Shown here piece by piece: positions 12,808 through 28,256 of a stretch of DNA of 64,000 bases. Position numbers and translations under genes: made by a program. The notes beneath the pieces are model-generated. The model was not told the origin of the DNA. It made no database searches and saw only the letters and a program-made list of their open reading frames with translations. This DNA is from Octopus vulgaris. Taxonomy: Eukaryota. Position 1 is the first letter of the stretch. The number at the start of each line of letters is the position of its first letter. The stretch is taken from the NCBI GenBank assembly GCA_951406725.2, contig OX597830.1, positions 20,646,001 to 20,710,000 of the forward strand, given 5' to 3'.

Positions 12808-13468
12808 TGTATGTTTGTGTGTGTAGAAATGTGTGTGTCTTGTAAATATTTAAACATACAGGTATTTACACACGTTCATACAAACACACACGTACACGTG
12901 TGTGTATGTGTGTGTGTGTGTGTGTATTTATGCATAATGAATGTAGTTTTTGTGTTACATTTCTTTATACGATACATATATACTTGCATATATATAATAT
13001 ATGTATAATATATATATCTACATATATAAATATATATATATATATATAATATATGTATAATATATATATCTACATATATAAATATATATATCTATATGTA
13101 TCTATATATACACACACAAGCACAATGATCGATGCGCTCACACACAGATATGTGTGAATGCATGTGTTTGTGCGTGTCAGTGTGAATGTGATGGGGAGCG
13201 TGTATGTAAGTATAAATTCGTGTGTGTATGTGTATGTTTATGTATGCATATAGATGTGGAATATATATATATATGCACACACGTATGAATATGTAATCAT
13301 ATAACCAAGTATAGAAAACGAATATTTGCATATACGTATATATATATGTATCTATGTATGTATCTATGTATATATATATATATACACAAACACCCACCCA
13401 CACATATATATGTACATATATACATACACATACAATATATATATATAGTATATATATACATGTACATA

Positions 13469-13575
<107 letters not shown>

Positions 13576-14253
13576 CATGTACATATATTTATAGTTATAT
13601 ATATATATATATATATATATACAAATATTTCAATATATATAGGTGTATTTGTTTATGTTTGTATGTACAACAAGATGGGTCTCTGTGTGTGGAAATAGCT
13701 ACATTCACACATACATAGACACATATATACGCACATACATACATACACACACTTATATGTGCATACATACAAACATACATACATACATACATACATACAT
13801 ACATACATACATGTCAAGGTTTGACTGGGTGTGTATGAATGCCAAATTTTAGAAGTCTCTCCGCGTGTGCAGCTGTGTACCCATCTATAATTTCAGGACA
13901 CACACATACATATACACACACAATCACACACACACAATCACACACACAAACACACACACACACACAAACACACACACAAACACAAACACACACGCACACA
14001 CACACAAACACACACACATAGGTATAAATATTTGTCTATGTATGAGTTGATCGTGTGTGTGTGAGTTCAGGTGTAAATGTATAATTCTGCTTATGTTTGT
14101 GTCTTTAATGTGGGTGTCCTTGGACAAATAAAGAACAAACAAAACAATACATAATAAGCGTGTATATATACATGTGTCTATATTTTCTCTCTAGCTGTCT
14201 CCTGCTCTCCTTTTCTCCTCTCTCCTCTCCTGGTATCTCGAGTAATGTACCCA

Positions 14254-14341
<88 letters not shown>

Positions 14342-14415
14342 CTGCCAGTCTATCTATCTATCTACCTACCTACCCACCAAACTATCTATTTATCTCTCTC
14401 CCCCTCTCTTTGTTA

Positions 14416-14447
<32 letters not shown>

Positions 14448-14805
14448 TTGCCTATGTATCTATCTATCTATCTATCTATCTATCAATCTATCTGTCTATC
14501 TATCTATCTACCTACCTTCTTTCTTACCTACTGATCTATATATCTGTCTGTCTATCTATCTATCTATCTATCTATCTAATAATCAATTTATCTATCTGTT
14601 TGTCTATCTATGTATCTATCTATCTATTTATCTACCTACCTTATTACTTATCAATCTATCTACCTACCTACATACCTACCAACATACCTACCTACCCACC
14701 TAATTATTTACCTCTCTATCTATCTACCTACCTAATTACTTATCTACCTATCTACCTACCTACCTACCTACCTACCTACCTACCTAATTACTTACTTATC
14801 TGGCC

Positions 14806-14850
<45 letters not shown>

Positions 14851-14859
14851 CCTACCTAC

Positions 14860-14956
<97 letters not shown>

Positions 14957-15193
14957 CATCTATCTATCTATCTATCTATCTATTTATCTATCTATCTATG
15001 AGCGTATGTATATGTATGTTTGTGTATGAATGCATGTATTTGTGTATGTGTATACTTCTGATATGAATACGCATACAGTCATACGTAATGTACAACGATA
15101 TACGCCTATGTCGATGCTTATACAGAAATATATATATATGTCTTTTTCTCCTTTCTGTACGTCTTTCTCTCTTTCTTTCTCTCCTACTTCTTT

Positions 15194-15239
<46 letters not shown>

Positions 15240-16871
15240 GTGTGTGTGTGTGTACGTATGTATGTATCAGTGTTCATTATGAATTTATATATGTGTCCAT
15301 AAACATGCCTACATATGCGGCGATATATACGCTCATAGGTGTTTACGTGTGTCTGTGTGACAGTATATCTGTATGTATAACACACGTGTATATTCACGTG
15401 TATGTGATATGTACGTATATATATGTATATATATATACGTGTATATATATATGTGTGTGTGTGTATGTATGTATGTACGTATGTATGTATGTAGTTATGT
15501 ATGTATGTATGTATGTATGTATGTATGTATGTATGTATGTATGTATATACGAGTGTGTGTGTACGAGTACGTGTGTGTATGCGTGTGCACATATAGCCGT
15601 GTGGCTGTGTGTCCACTCACACTGCGAACTCCTGCTGATCGTAGCTTCATTACCTCAAATCACAAAGCGTCCGACTTCAAATGGTATTCACGATAACATG
15701 GAAGTGAGATTTCAGACTTGCCTCTGTCTTTTTATGGTGAGATAATTCCATTGAAGAACAAACGTTTGGTAGGGAACGGCGTGGCGGATCTTACAGTGAC
15801 CTTTCGCAACTCACACCAACACCACCTGTTCCCCCACACCATTCCTTTGCTTTCTCTCTATCTCTCTCAATCTCTCTCTCTATCTCTCTTCTTTCTCTCT
15901 CTCTCTATCTCTCTTTCTTTGGCTCACATCTCTCTCGTCTCCAATTCTTTCTTTCTATGATTCTTAATATTTTTCTCTCTGTCTCTCTCTTTCTCTGTCT
16001 CAATCTGTCTCTCCCCCACCACCACTTTTTCTATCTTACTAACTCTCTCTCTCTGTCTCTCTCTCTCTCTCCCTCTCGCCCTTAATTTATCTCTCTTTCT
16101 CGGTGTGTCTCGTTCTTCAACTCTGTCTTTCTGTTTCTCTCAATGTCTCTCACTATTCTCTATTCATTTATCTATCTACCTGTCTCTCTCTCTCTCTCTC
16201 TCAATCTATCTATCTATCTAGATGTATGTATGTATGCATGTATATGTGTATGTATGCATGTATGTATACATATATTTATGCATATATATATATAGACATA
16301 CAAATGTATGTATGCATTTATATATATATTTAAATATATATTTACACACACATGTGTATGTATGTGTGTGTATATATATATACACACACATATATGTATA
16401 TATATATATGTGCGCGTGTGTATGTGCGTGTATTGTGTATGCATGCATGTGTTAAGTACATATGATGTATTACTTAATTTATCTAAGTATCTATCACTTT
16501 CTATTTATCTTCATTGCTCTCTTTTCATATTTGCTTCTCTCTGTAGTACTCTCTCTCTCTCTCTCTCTCTTTCTCTTCCTCCCTTTCTCTCTCTCCCTTT
16601 CTCCACCCCCCTCTCTCTCTCTCCTCAGCATCTCTTTTGCATACGCTTGTTCTGTCTTACCGCCAAACGTCCCACCACGGTACGCACCCCAATTACGAAT
16701 AAAACCCTTAACTCTTTCTCAAATACCGCATTAGGGAAGAGACCTATGCGCACAACACATCCCGGTTTTCAAAAAACACGCATTACACAAAAGGTGAAGC
16801 AATAACACCTCAACTGAACTCCTTTTACATGCTACAAACCCCACACCAGCATATGCGCACAAATATATACA

Positions 16872-17050
16872 TATTTCTTTATTGCCCACAAGGGGCTAAA
16901 CATAGAGGGGACAAACAAGGACAGACAAAGGGATAAAGTCAATTACATCGACCCCAGTGCGTAACTGGTATTTCATTTACCGAACCCGAAAGGATGAAAG
17001 GCAAAGTCGACCTCGGCGGAATTTGAACTCAGAACGTGCTAACGTTTCTG
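16872..17050 (-). mobile_element. SINE group A (internally deleted head)
   Basis: Homology to 8247-8477. Confidence 0.85.
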
Positions 17051-17982
17051 CAAAGAATTTGCTGCACGTGTACGAATTTGATAGGAAGTCATGGTGAAAA
17101 TGGTGGTGTAACCGCCAAAACTGCAGCTTTTATACTATTATGGTGATGAAGCCTCGAACTGAATTAGAAATGAAGTGTCTAACAAACCTATCATATTCCT
17201 TGAAATTAGCGCTCTGGACTCTATTATTGATTCCGTGAGTAATAGCGGATATTTATACCAACCGGTACACAAACGGGTACAAAACCGCAGCAGATAGGGC
17301 TGCATATATTTTCGTTATCTGATTCAAAGTGAATACACAGCTCACGTAAATTTACATCAAACGCTTTTATGGGGTTAATATATAAAAACTGTATGGAAGC
17401 CTACGGAATGTGTGTGAGCGGGAGAGAAAGAAACAGAGAGCGAGAGAGGGTGAATGTGAGTCTATAAATATATATGAGGGTATACGTGCGTAATTGTGTG
17501 TGTAATTATATTTCTGTGTTTACGTTGATGCAGCTGAAAAACTGCCGTCTGTTTTTGTGTTGCGTAACATGGCGTTTCGACAAATGGAGATCAATAAGAT
17601 AAGTATCAGATGCGTAAATAGGAACTGGTTTCTATATGATCGATTAAAACTCTTCAAAACAATGCAGGAAAATGATAGCAGCTCTAGGATGGAAACAAGT
17701 AAAAGAATAATTGTGTGTGCGCGCATGTATGTATGTATGTATGTATGTGTGAGTGAGTGGGAGAGAAAGAGAGAGAGAGAGACGGAGAGAAAGGGTGGAA
17801 TTAGTATGCGAGATTACAAAACCAAGTCGTTGCATTACACATTCGAATCGAAAGACCATGCATGTCAGCAAGTTGGTAAGCAAATAAATATGAAATAAAG
17901 AGAATGAGCTATTTTCGACCTACCGGCAACAACTGCAATTATTTCTCTGAAATTTTTTGAAATGTCCTTCGCTTTTTTTTTG

Positions 17983-18102
<120 letters not shown>

Positions 18103-18139
18103 CGCGTGTGTGTGTGTGCGCGCGCGCGCGTGTGTGTGT

Positions 18140-18325
18140 CCAATATCACTTAACAATCGCTGCTGGTGTGTTTACGTCCCTCCCCGTAACCTAGCAGTTT
18201 GGCAAAAGAAACCGATAGAATAAGTACTAGGCTTACAAAGAATAAGTCCTGGAGGTCGATTTGTTCGATTACAGGCGGTGCTCCAGCATGACCGCAGTCA
18301 AGATGAGTGAAACAAATAAAAGCAT
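18140..18325 (+). mobile_element. SINE group B, 3' half
   Basis: GTTTACGTCCC...GGCAAAAGAAACCGATAGAATAAGTAC...CTCCAGCATGACCGCAGTC. Confidence 0.8.
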
Positions 18326-18759
18326 AAATCAAAAAAAAAAACAAAAGAAAAGACTATATTTCTTAATCATTAACTTGAGAGTGTAGCCAAAGTGCCGAAC
18401 GGACGGAACAAGGTTTCGAGCGGGAACAGTGACTCCCGTTTATCATGCACATAGATAAACATACAGCGGACCCACAAACCGGGAATAGACATTTACTTTG
18501 AGAAATGTATGTATTTTTATCAGAAAATCAAAAATTTGTGTGTGTGTACGTGTGTGTATGTATGACTGTATGTATAGTATGTATGTGTGGATGAATACAT
18601 TTTTATATCTATGCATGGATATATACTTCTGTGTGTGTATGTGTGTGTGTGTGTGTGTGTGCATATGTGTGTATGAATCGATATCTGATCAATGCATTGC
18701 TCAGCATCATCAAATGTTTTATCTCCACTCGGCAATCTACTGTACCGGCAATCTACTCG

Positions 18760-19750
18760 CTCACTCGCACTCACTCACATACACACACTCTTCACTCACT
18801 CAATCACATGCTCACTCAATCACATGCTCACTCAATCACATGCTCACTCATACAATCACTCACTCACACACTCACTCGCACATTTACTCACTCACACATT
18901 CATTCACTTGTGCCCTATCCTCCACACACTCACTCACTCACTCACAACCCCTTCACTCACAACCCCTTCCCTCACACACTCACTCACACACTCCTTCACT
19001 CACTCAATCACATGCTCACTCATACAATCACTCACTTACACACTCACTCGCACATTCACTCACTCACACATTCATTCACTTGTGTCCTTCCTCCACACAC
19101 TCACTCACTCACTTACAACCCCTTCCCTCACACACTCACTCACACACTCCTTCACTCACTCAATCACATGCTCACTCATACAATCACTCACTCACACACT
19201 CACTCACTCACACATTCATTCACTTGCGCTCTTCCTTCACACACACACTCACTCACCCGCTCACTTACAACCCCTTCTCTCACACACTCACTCACATTCC
19301 TTCACTCACTCAATCACATGCTCACTCATACAATCACTCACACACACACTCACTTGCACATTCACTCACTCACACATTCATTCACTTGCGCTCTTCCTTC
19401 ACGCACTCACCCGCTCACTCACAACCCCTTCCCTCACACACTCACTCACACACTCCTTCACTCACTCAATCACATGCTCACTCATACAATCCCTCACTCA
19501 CACACTCACTCGCACATTCATTCACTTGTGCCCTATCCTTCACACACACACTCACTCACTCGCTTACAACCCCTTCTCTCACACACTCACTCACACACTC
19601 CTTCACTCACTCACACACTCACTCGCACATTTACTCACTCACACATTCATTCACTTGTGCCCTATCCTTCACACACACACACACTCACTCACTCACTTAC
19701 AACCTCTTCCCTCACACACTCACTCACACATTCCTTCACTCGCACTCACT
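18760..19750. repeat. Complex minisatellite, ~150-bp unit built on (CACT)n, about 6 copies
   Basis: Recurrent CTTCACTCACTCAATCACATGCTCACTCATACAATC...CATTCATTCACTTG...ACAACCCCTT. Confidence 0.85.
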
Positions 19751-20828
19751 TACTCCCTCCCTCCCTCCCTCCCTTCCTCACCCACCCACCCCCCACTTCA
19801 CACAGCACACTCCATCATTGACTCTTAAACCATAACCAAAGTATGGTTATCGATAATTTCTCCCTAATAACAAAATTACCATCGGAAAAAAAAAAAAAAA
19901 CAACTGTACGATGGCAGAAATCGGTACAGCAACGTACAAACGGTTTTGAAGTATTGCGTTACGTGGTTTTTACGTCTTGATTTCAAATCCCATTGGGGGT
20001 TCTTTTAGCCTTTCATCCTTCCATGGTCGATAATATATTAATAAATAAATAAATAAATAGATAAACACAGAGATAACCAAACGAGTCATGAGATCGATTC
20101 TAACGACGTTTACTTCTTGTGCTTACAAATTTGTGGGTGGCCTGCTGCCAAAATTAGAAATCAATCGTGAGATTACCTTTTAATGTAACCCCCAGAAGGG
20201 GGATTTATGCTGGCTTCTTCTGCTTTCGCTTTTGGTTTTGCTTTTTATTATGAGACAGAACGACTGTACTGCGCTCCGGTATGATGGTAATAATGACGAG
20301 GAGAAGAGGAAGGAGGAGAAGGAGGAGGAGAAGAAGAAGAAGAAGAAGAAGAAGAAGAAGAAGAAGAAGAGGAGGAGGAGGAGGAGGAGGAGGAGGAGAA
20401 GGAGGAGGAGGAGGAGGGGGAGGAGGGGGAGGAAGAAGGAGAAGAAGAAGAAGAAGAAGAAGAAGAAGAAGAAGAAGAAGAAGAAGAAGAAGAAGAAGAA
20501 GAAGAAGAAGAAGAAGAAGAAGAAGAAGAAGAAGAAGAAGAAGAAGAAGAAAAAGAAGAAGAAGAAAAAGAAGAAGAAGAAGAAGAAGAAGAAGAAGAAA
20601 AGGAACAACAACAACAAAAACAGCAGCAGCAGCAACAATAATAATAATAATGATGATGATGGTGTTGATAATGATGAAGATGATGATAATGATGAAATTT
20701 TCTCATCCTCATCTTCACTACATTTGTGGCGAATTCGCGTTTGCACAAACACATGCGCACACACACATACACACTCACACACATTATATAGAAAGATATA
20801 TATTTAGGTATATATAAATAAATATTTG

Positions 20829-20897
<69 letters not shown>

Positions 20898-21069
20898 TCA
20901 TGTAAATATGCATCTATGTATGCATGTACGTATGCAAATATATTAGTAATGACAGAAATATACAGATAGAGAGGGAGACAGACAGACAGAGTGACAGACA
21001 GACAGACAGATAGAGACAGATAGACAGACAGACAGATAGGTAGATAGATAGATACGTAGATAGATAGAT

Positions 21070-21147
<78 letters not shown>

Positions 21148-21233
21148 ATAGATACAGAGAGAGAGAGAGAGAGAAAGAGAGACACAGACAGACAGATAGA
21201 CAGGCAGGTAGACAGACATGCAGTCAGGCAGGC

Positions 21234-21352
<119 letters not shown>

Positions 21353-21382
21353 AAAACAGACAGACAGGCGGGCAAACAGATT

Positions 21383-21700
21383 GAAGGCGCGTGGCCTAAT
21401 GGTCAAGTTGTAAGCTCACACGGCACGATCCCGAGATCGTGGTTTCGAATTCCTGATCGGTGGTGGTCTTATTTGGACGAAACCTTTCATTTGACGTTGC
21501 TTCAGTCCATTTCAAGTTGGTCAGCTGTAAATGGGTGGCCTTGTGACGGACTGGCGGTCCAGTTTAGGGTGAATGTTGGGTTCTGCGCCTAGCCAGCGTA
21601 GTGGCATGATTTGAAGGCCGCAATGATACGAGGTTGCGCATTGTGACCATCGGTGTATAACCACCTCCGATAGTCTGATCGATACAGTAATACAGTCATT
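21383..21700 (+). mobile_element. Old SINE group C
   Basis: GAAGGCGCGTGGCCTAATGG head, GGTTTCGAATTCC, V-domain-like GTGACGGACTGGCG, tail shared with 8620-8722. Confidence 0.65.
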
Positions 21701-21736
21701 CATGTATGGAATTGTCTGTACGTGTGCGTGAGTGTG

Positions 21737-21838
<102 letters not shown>

Positions 21839-21874
21839 CACAAAGATATGCATGTTAATACATACACGCATATA

Positions 21875-21983
<109 letters not shown>

Positions 21984-22116
21984 CGGAGATGTACTTGCAT
22001 AGCAAATGACTTGATCTGAGATCGTGTGCTGAAACAAAAATAATTGTAGCGTGGAAGGTGTCTATAAGCCATTTAAAAACACACAAATTTTGTTCTCTGA
22101 TCTTTGTATCTAGCTG

Positions 22117-22258
<142 letters not shown>

Positions 22259-23099
22259 CACACAAACAAAATACAGCGTACATTTAAACACATTAAGATG
22301 TTTCCATCATAGGACTCCCTTACGCTGCAAGGAACAGCTAAAGTCCAAACCACTAATTAGGGATAAATTCTCGAAGGGGATGAAAAATAAAATCATTTAC
22401 CATCTATTTCCTGGTATACATGCATACAGGCATAAAAATAGGTGTATTATGTTTTCAATAAACAAATCGCAGCCAGGGATATATTTAAATGAAGAATATG
22501 AATTGTTTAGTAAATTTCAAAACGCCAAAAATTTTGTATTACATAATATTATTAAACATAGTGATTGTGAAGATATAAACATAGATGCAGAACATTCTGA
22601 TATGAGTTTCACATTTTCCTCTTTCTTTCCTTTCTTAAACTTATTCTTTCTAATTATTTTTATTTTTATTTTTATTTTTTTGCTACTTTTATTAAAGTGG
22701 AACTTTAGAAGTAAACGCTATACAATAGATATCTTCATTATTATTCTTTTCTACATTAGTACACTCCCGGTTATAAAGGAAAATGACAATTGTTTTGAAC
22801 AGTTTTTTCCTTTAAAAAATAGCTTGTTAATTTTAGAACATCCCAGAAGACACAGAATGCACAGAACACACGGAATAAAAGTAAGCAGAGCTTCAAGTTC
22901 TCGCTCAAAACGCATCACTTTGATCACTAATCTCTGAGTTGCATATTTTGTCGAGTAACGTTACTCTGGAAATGTTCGGGGGAGATTTCTTTTGGTCGCT
23001 TGTTTTCGCAATCTTAGTCAACATGATCGGTGTGAAAGTGTGTGAAAATTATAGTCGAGTCGTTTGATATTGACTAAAGTTGGTTAATTGAAAAATTAA

Positions 23100-23807
23100 A
23101 CGTGGCACTCCGTCGATTACGGCGACTAGTGTTTCAGTTGATCTAGCCAACGGAACAGCCTACTCGTGAAATTAATAAGTGGCTGAGCAATCCACAGACA
23201 CACGTACCCTTAATGTAAATCTCAAAGAGATTCAGCGTGACACAGAGTATGACAAAGCTGGCCCTTTGGATTACAGGTAATCACTCATCTCATTTTTGCC
23301 AGGTGAGTAGACGAGAAGTGCCCCACAACCTTTTTTTCACTTGCGGTGCGCTTATATTCTTTTCAAATTTCGGCGACACACCTGAACTAAAAATATCTAA
23401 AAGTATAGGGACAAAAATTATATTCAAGTGACACTGCGGCACACCAAGCATCGTCTCGTGGCATACCGGTGTGCCACGGTATACCCGTTGCGGAGCACTG
23501 GGCTAAATTAACGTGAAATATAATGTCTTCCTCGGCGACACAACGCACCGCCGGAAATCGAACAGCACACCTGAACTAAAAATATCTTAAAGTATGGGGA
23601 CACAAATTATATTCAGGTGACACTGCGGCACACCAAGCATCGTCTCGTGGCATACCGGTGTGCCACGGTATACCGGTTGCGGAGCACTGGGCTAAATTAA
23701 CGTGAAATAAAATGTCTTTTTCGGCGACGCAACGCGCCGCCGGAAATCGAACTCATGAACTTACGATCGCGAGTCGAATTTCTTAACCACTAAACCATGC
23801 ACCTTCA
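23100..23807 (-). mobile_element. SINE group C interrupted by a hAT-MITE end, with a 189-bp tandem duplication
   Basis: tRNA-like head ends at ~23807. hAT-like end GTGTGCCACGGTATACCGGTTGCGGAGCACTG. Duplicated units at 23377-23563 and 23566-23752. Confidence 0.65.
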
Positions 23808-24500
23808 CAATTACAAAAATAGATATCAAAGAGACTTAAAATTCCTTATGAAGGTGAATCTAGACGATTCCCCGAGCAGCACAGCTCGAAATGTAATGGC
23901 GACTGAGACGGTGAAACACCGAAATACGTCATTGTAACCAATACTACAGCTATCATTCTTTTCTATTTAAAGTAAATTGTAAAATATCGATAATTCCAAT
24001 TTGAATATACTTCCAGAAAAAAAATGATTTTTATAGTCTATTTTCAAGGGTCAAGTTTCAGCGCAGATGTCATCCTTTCTCAATCAAACCGGACAACTGC
24101 GATATTTATTTCCTGTCGCCATCGTTAAATCTATTCATTTCTTTGTCACTTCCGGTCTTTAAAATACCACTCACTCGAAACTTTATGTTTATTTCAATTA
24201 TTTTTCTGTCGTAATTATTGTTATTTTTTTACGTTGTTGTTTGTGTCATTATTTTCGTGTGCAGTTCATGTTGTTGTTGTTGTTGTTGTTTAATATGATC
24301 ATTTACGATATTTTTTTCTCGTTCGTTGCTATTGTTTAAGACAGAAGGATATGAGTAAAGACGGAATTGGTTTTGGTCTGTAACAGATAGAGTGACCAAT
24401 GAAGATAAAATAATTAAAATTGTTCATTTAATAAACGATACCAATAATAATAGTGGCTATCGATGGTAGTGGTGGTGGTGGTGGTGGTTTTGGTGGTGGT

Positions 24501-25098
24501 CGATTATTTCGACCGCAGTGCATAACTGGTGCTTAATTTATCGACCGCGAAAGGATGAAAGGCAAAGTCAACCTCGGCGGAATTTGAACTCAGAACGTAG
24601 CGGCAGACGAAATACCTATTTCTTTACTAACCAGAAGGAGCTAAACACAGAGGGGACAAACAAGGACACACAAACGGATTAAGTCGATTACATCGACTCC
24701 AGTGTGTAACTGGTACTTATTTAATCGACCCCGAAAGGATGAACGGCAAAGTCGACCTCAGCGGAATTTGAACTCAGAACGTAACGGCAGACAAAATACG
24801 GCTACGCATTTTGTCCGGCGTGCTAACGTTTCTGCCAGCTCACCGCCTTCGGCAGACGAAATACCTATTTCTTTACTACCCACAAGGGGCTAAACACAGA
24901 GGGGACAAACAAGGACAGACAAAGGGATTAAGTCGATTATACCGACCGCAGTGCGTAACTGGTACTTATTTAATCGACCCGGAAAGGATGAAAAGCGAAG
25001 TCGACCTCGGCGGAATTTGAACTCAGAACGTAGCGGCAGACGAAATACCGCTAAGCATTTCGCCCGGCGTGCTAACGATTCTGCCAGCCTGCCGCCTT
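24501..25098 (-). mobile_element. Nested/tandem cluster of three SINE-A copies
   Basis: Two identical junctions CGGCAGACGAAATACC|TATTTCTTTACT at ~24601-24628 and ~24850-24877. Confidence 0.9.
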
Positions 25099-25239
25099 AC
25101 CATCTTCCTATATCGATATATATGCGTGTAGTGTGCGCATGTGTATGTACTCGTATACAAATATACGTGTGTATTGTATGAATGTGTCTGTTTACATGTC
25201 TGCGAAACTCCTGTCTCATTACAAAGCAAGGAGTGTCTG

Positions 25240-25760
25240 TGGGTATATGTGTGTATGTGTGCGTGTGTGTTCATATGTATTTGAATGCATGTGTATGTGT
25301 GTGTGTGTGTTCATATGAATATGTTTGTACGGGTGTATGTCTTCGTATATGTGTGTATGTGTGTGTTCACTTGAATGTGTGTGTGTTCAAATGCATATTT
25401 GGATGTGTATGTTCATATGAATATGTGTATATGTGTGCGTTCACATGAATATGTGTGTGTATGTTCAAATGAATATGTGTGTACGGGTGCGTGTATGTGT
25501 ATGTTCCCATGAATGTGTGTATGTGTGTGTATGTTCATATGCATATGGGGTGTGTGTGTTCATATCAATATGTGTATGTGTGTGTACGTGTTCATATGGA
25601 TGTGTGTGCGTATGTGCGTGCAGTGATATGAATATATGTGTGTGTGTTGATATGCACATGTGATTGTGTGTTCACATCAATATGTACATGTGTGTCTCTT
25701 CATATGAATATGTGTGTGTGTGTTTGTTCATATGAATATGCGTGTATGTGTATACCTCTG
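25240..25760. repeat. Degenerate minisatellite (GTGTGTTCATATGAATAT-like units)
   Basis: Many dispersed TTCAYATGAAT cores in a (GT)n background. Confidence 0.7.
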
Positions 25761-26009
25761 TCTGTACTTGTGTGCGTGTGTGTATGTGTATGTGTGCCTT
25801 TGTCTGTGTATATGTGTATGTGTTTTGTGTATGCATGTTTGTATGCATACGTGCGTTTATGTGTTTGCGTGTTTGTGTATATACGTAGCTCTGTGTGTGT
25901 GTGTGCGTGTGTGGATTGTGTCTAATGTTTCACCTATTCCTAAATTGGATTTAGTACTTCATTCGAAACGGACATGTGTGTATGAATATGCTTGGGATGA
26001 AGTGGTGGG

Positions 26010-26311
26010 GGTGCGGCGGCGGTGGCGGCGGCGGCGGCGGTGGCGGCGGTGGCGGCGGCGGCGGCGGTGGCGGCGGTGGCGGCGGCGGCGGTGGCGGCAG
26101 CGGCGGTGGCGGCGGCGGTGGTTGTGCTGGTGGCGGCGGCGGCGGTGGTTGTGCTGGTGGCGGCGGCGGCGGCGGTGGTTGTGGTGGTTGTGACGGTGGC
26201 GATGGCGACGGCGGTGGTGTCATGGTGGTGGTAGGAGTGATTGGTAGTAGTGATTGTTGTGGTGCTTGGTGGTGGTGACAGTGGCGGCACCGGCGGCGAC
26301 AGCAGCAGCAA

Positions 26312-26383
<72 letters not shown>

Positions 26384-26500
26384 TGGTGGTGGTGGTGGTG
26401 GTGATGATGGTGGTGGTGGTGGTGGTGGTGGTGGTGATGATGGTGGTGGTGGTGGTGGTGGTGATGATGATGGTGGTGGTGGTGGTGGTGTCGGTGGTAT
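26010..26500. repeat. (GGC)n/(GGT)n/(AGT)n compound trinucleotide repeat
   Basis: Directly visible. Confidence 0.9.
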
Positions 26501-27218
26501 TCAGGAAAGTCCATGAAACAGAAGAAGGAAAAGAAGACGATATAGAATGACTGACAACAGCAACAACAACTACTACTACTACTACCACTACTACTACAAT
26601 AAACAACAACAACAGCAGTAGCAACAATATTAACGTCAACAAAGACAACAATGATGTCAAAAAGGCAAATAAATCAGGAAGAAGACGAAGAAGAAGAAGA
26701 AGAAGAAGAAGAAGAAGAAGAAGAAGAAGAAGAAGAAGAAGAAGAAGAAGAAGAAGAAGAAGAAGAAGAAGAAGAAGAAGGGTAGAGGAGGAAAAGTGAA
26801 AGACAAGGAGAGGTGGCGGGGAAAGAAGAGAATGGTTGAGTGTGGTGGAGGCTGTCTGATTATTTATTTCTTATTCGCTTTATAAAACCGACAGAGAAGG
26901 AGTGATGCCAAGAGAATGTATGCCAAGTGAGGAGATGCAATAGAGAGAGATGCCAAGAGCGATGCAAAGGGAAAGGTACAGATAGGTACAAGCTCGGTAT
27001 GGCAATAATGGCTACAATACAAATGGCCGCATAACATGTCGAAACATAAACCCACAACACACGACTTGTATTTCTGTTGTTATTTTTCCTTAACAACATT
27101 ATCAAAATATCGAATTATCATCATCTAAACCGAGCGTTCTTCTTTTTATTGTAAGACGGGAAACAAACCGCCCGCCATTAAGAATTCCTCTTTCGCTTCG
27201 GATTTGTCATCCGGGGCA

Positions 27219-27441
27219 TTTGTCGTCGACGGGAAGCCATGTTATTTAGAGGCAAACACGATTATATTTAATAAGAGGTCGCTGTGATTTATCTTATATT
27301 AATGAATCTCTTTTTGCTTCGCCAAGAGATGGCGTTGTTTGCTTAACTTTCTTCCATGGCCGACATTAGGCGTTCGCTTGTTCGCTGTTAAGTTTGCGCA
27401 GTACGTTAGCCATTTTTCATTTACAAAACTGAATATCTTTG
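27219..27441 (+). repeat. Left arm of ~220-bp inverted repeat
   Basis: Reverse complement of 28767-28987, about 25 differences counted by eye. Confidence 0.9.
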
Positions 27442-28081
27442 CTCTGCCTTGGAACGTTCACTTTAATTGATCAAGATATGATAGATTTCGCTCTCTGCTA
27501 CATCTTTCCTTCAATTTTTTGTCTTTTTTTCTTGATATTTTCTTTCTTTTTCTGTTTCCCTTTTCTCCATTCTTCTTTTCATTGTTTTTATCAGTTTCAT
27601 CCTAATGTTTTCCCTTTTTCATGTTTGCTTTCTTTCTTCTTTTCTTTCTCTTCATTTTTGTCCTTTTCTTCCAATATTTAGACTGAACACACAGCTATAT
27701 CATTTTTCTAAATTCCATCTTCCTTTCTCTTTCTCTCTCTCTCTCTCCCTCTCTCTCTCTCTCTCACACACAGACACACACACATACAGACTCACACACA
27801 CACACACACACAGATATGCTCATTTTCTACTTTCTCTCTGGCTCTCACTCTCTTCCTTTCTCCTTTGTTCCTCTATTTCATACTTTCTATCTATCTGATT
27901 GACTGTCTGTCTGTCTGTCTGTATGTATGTATGTATGTATGTATATATGTATGTATGTATGTATATATGTATGTATGCATGCATGTATCATGTATGTATC
28001 TATGTCTACCTGTATGTCTGACTGTATGTCTATCCCTTTATCTATCTATCTATTTACCTGCCTGTCTGTCTGTCTGTCTAA

Positions 28082-28132
<51 letters not shown>

Positions 28133-28166
28133 TACGTATGTCTGTCAACATTAATGTCATTTGAGT

Positions 28167-28256
<90 letters not shown>

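Noticed and set aside
26860-27105. Short hydrophobic ORFs next to the inverted-repeat arm
   Set aside because: No recognisable homology and non-ATG starts. Cannot be supported as exons.
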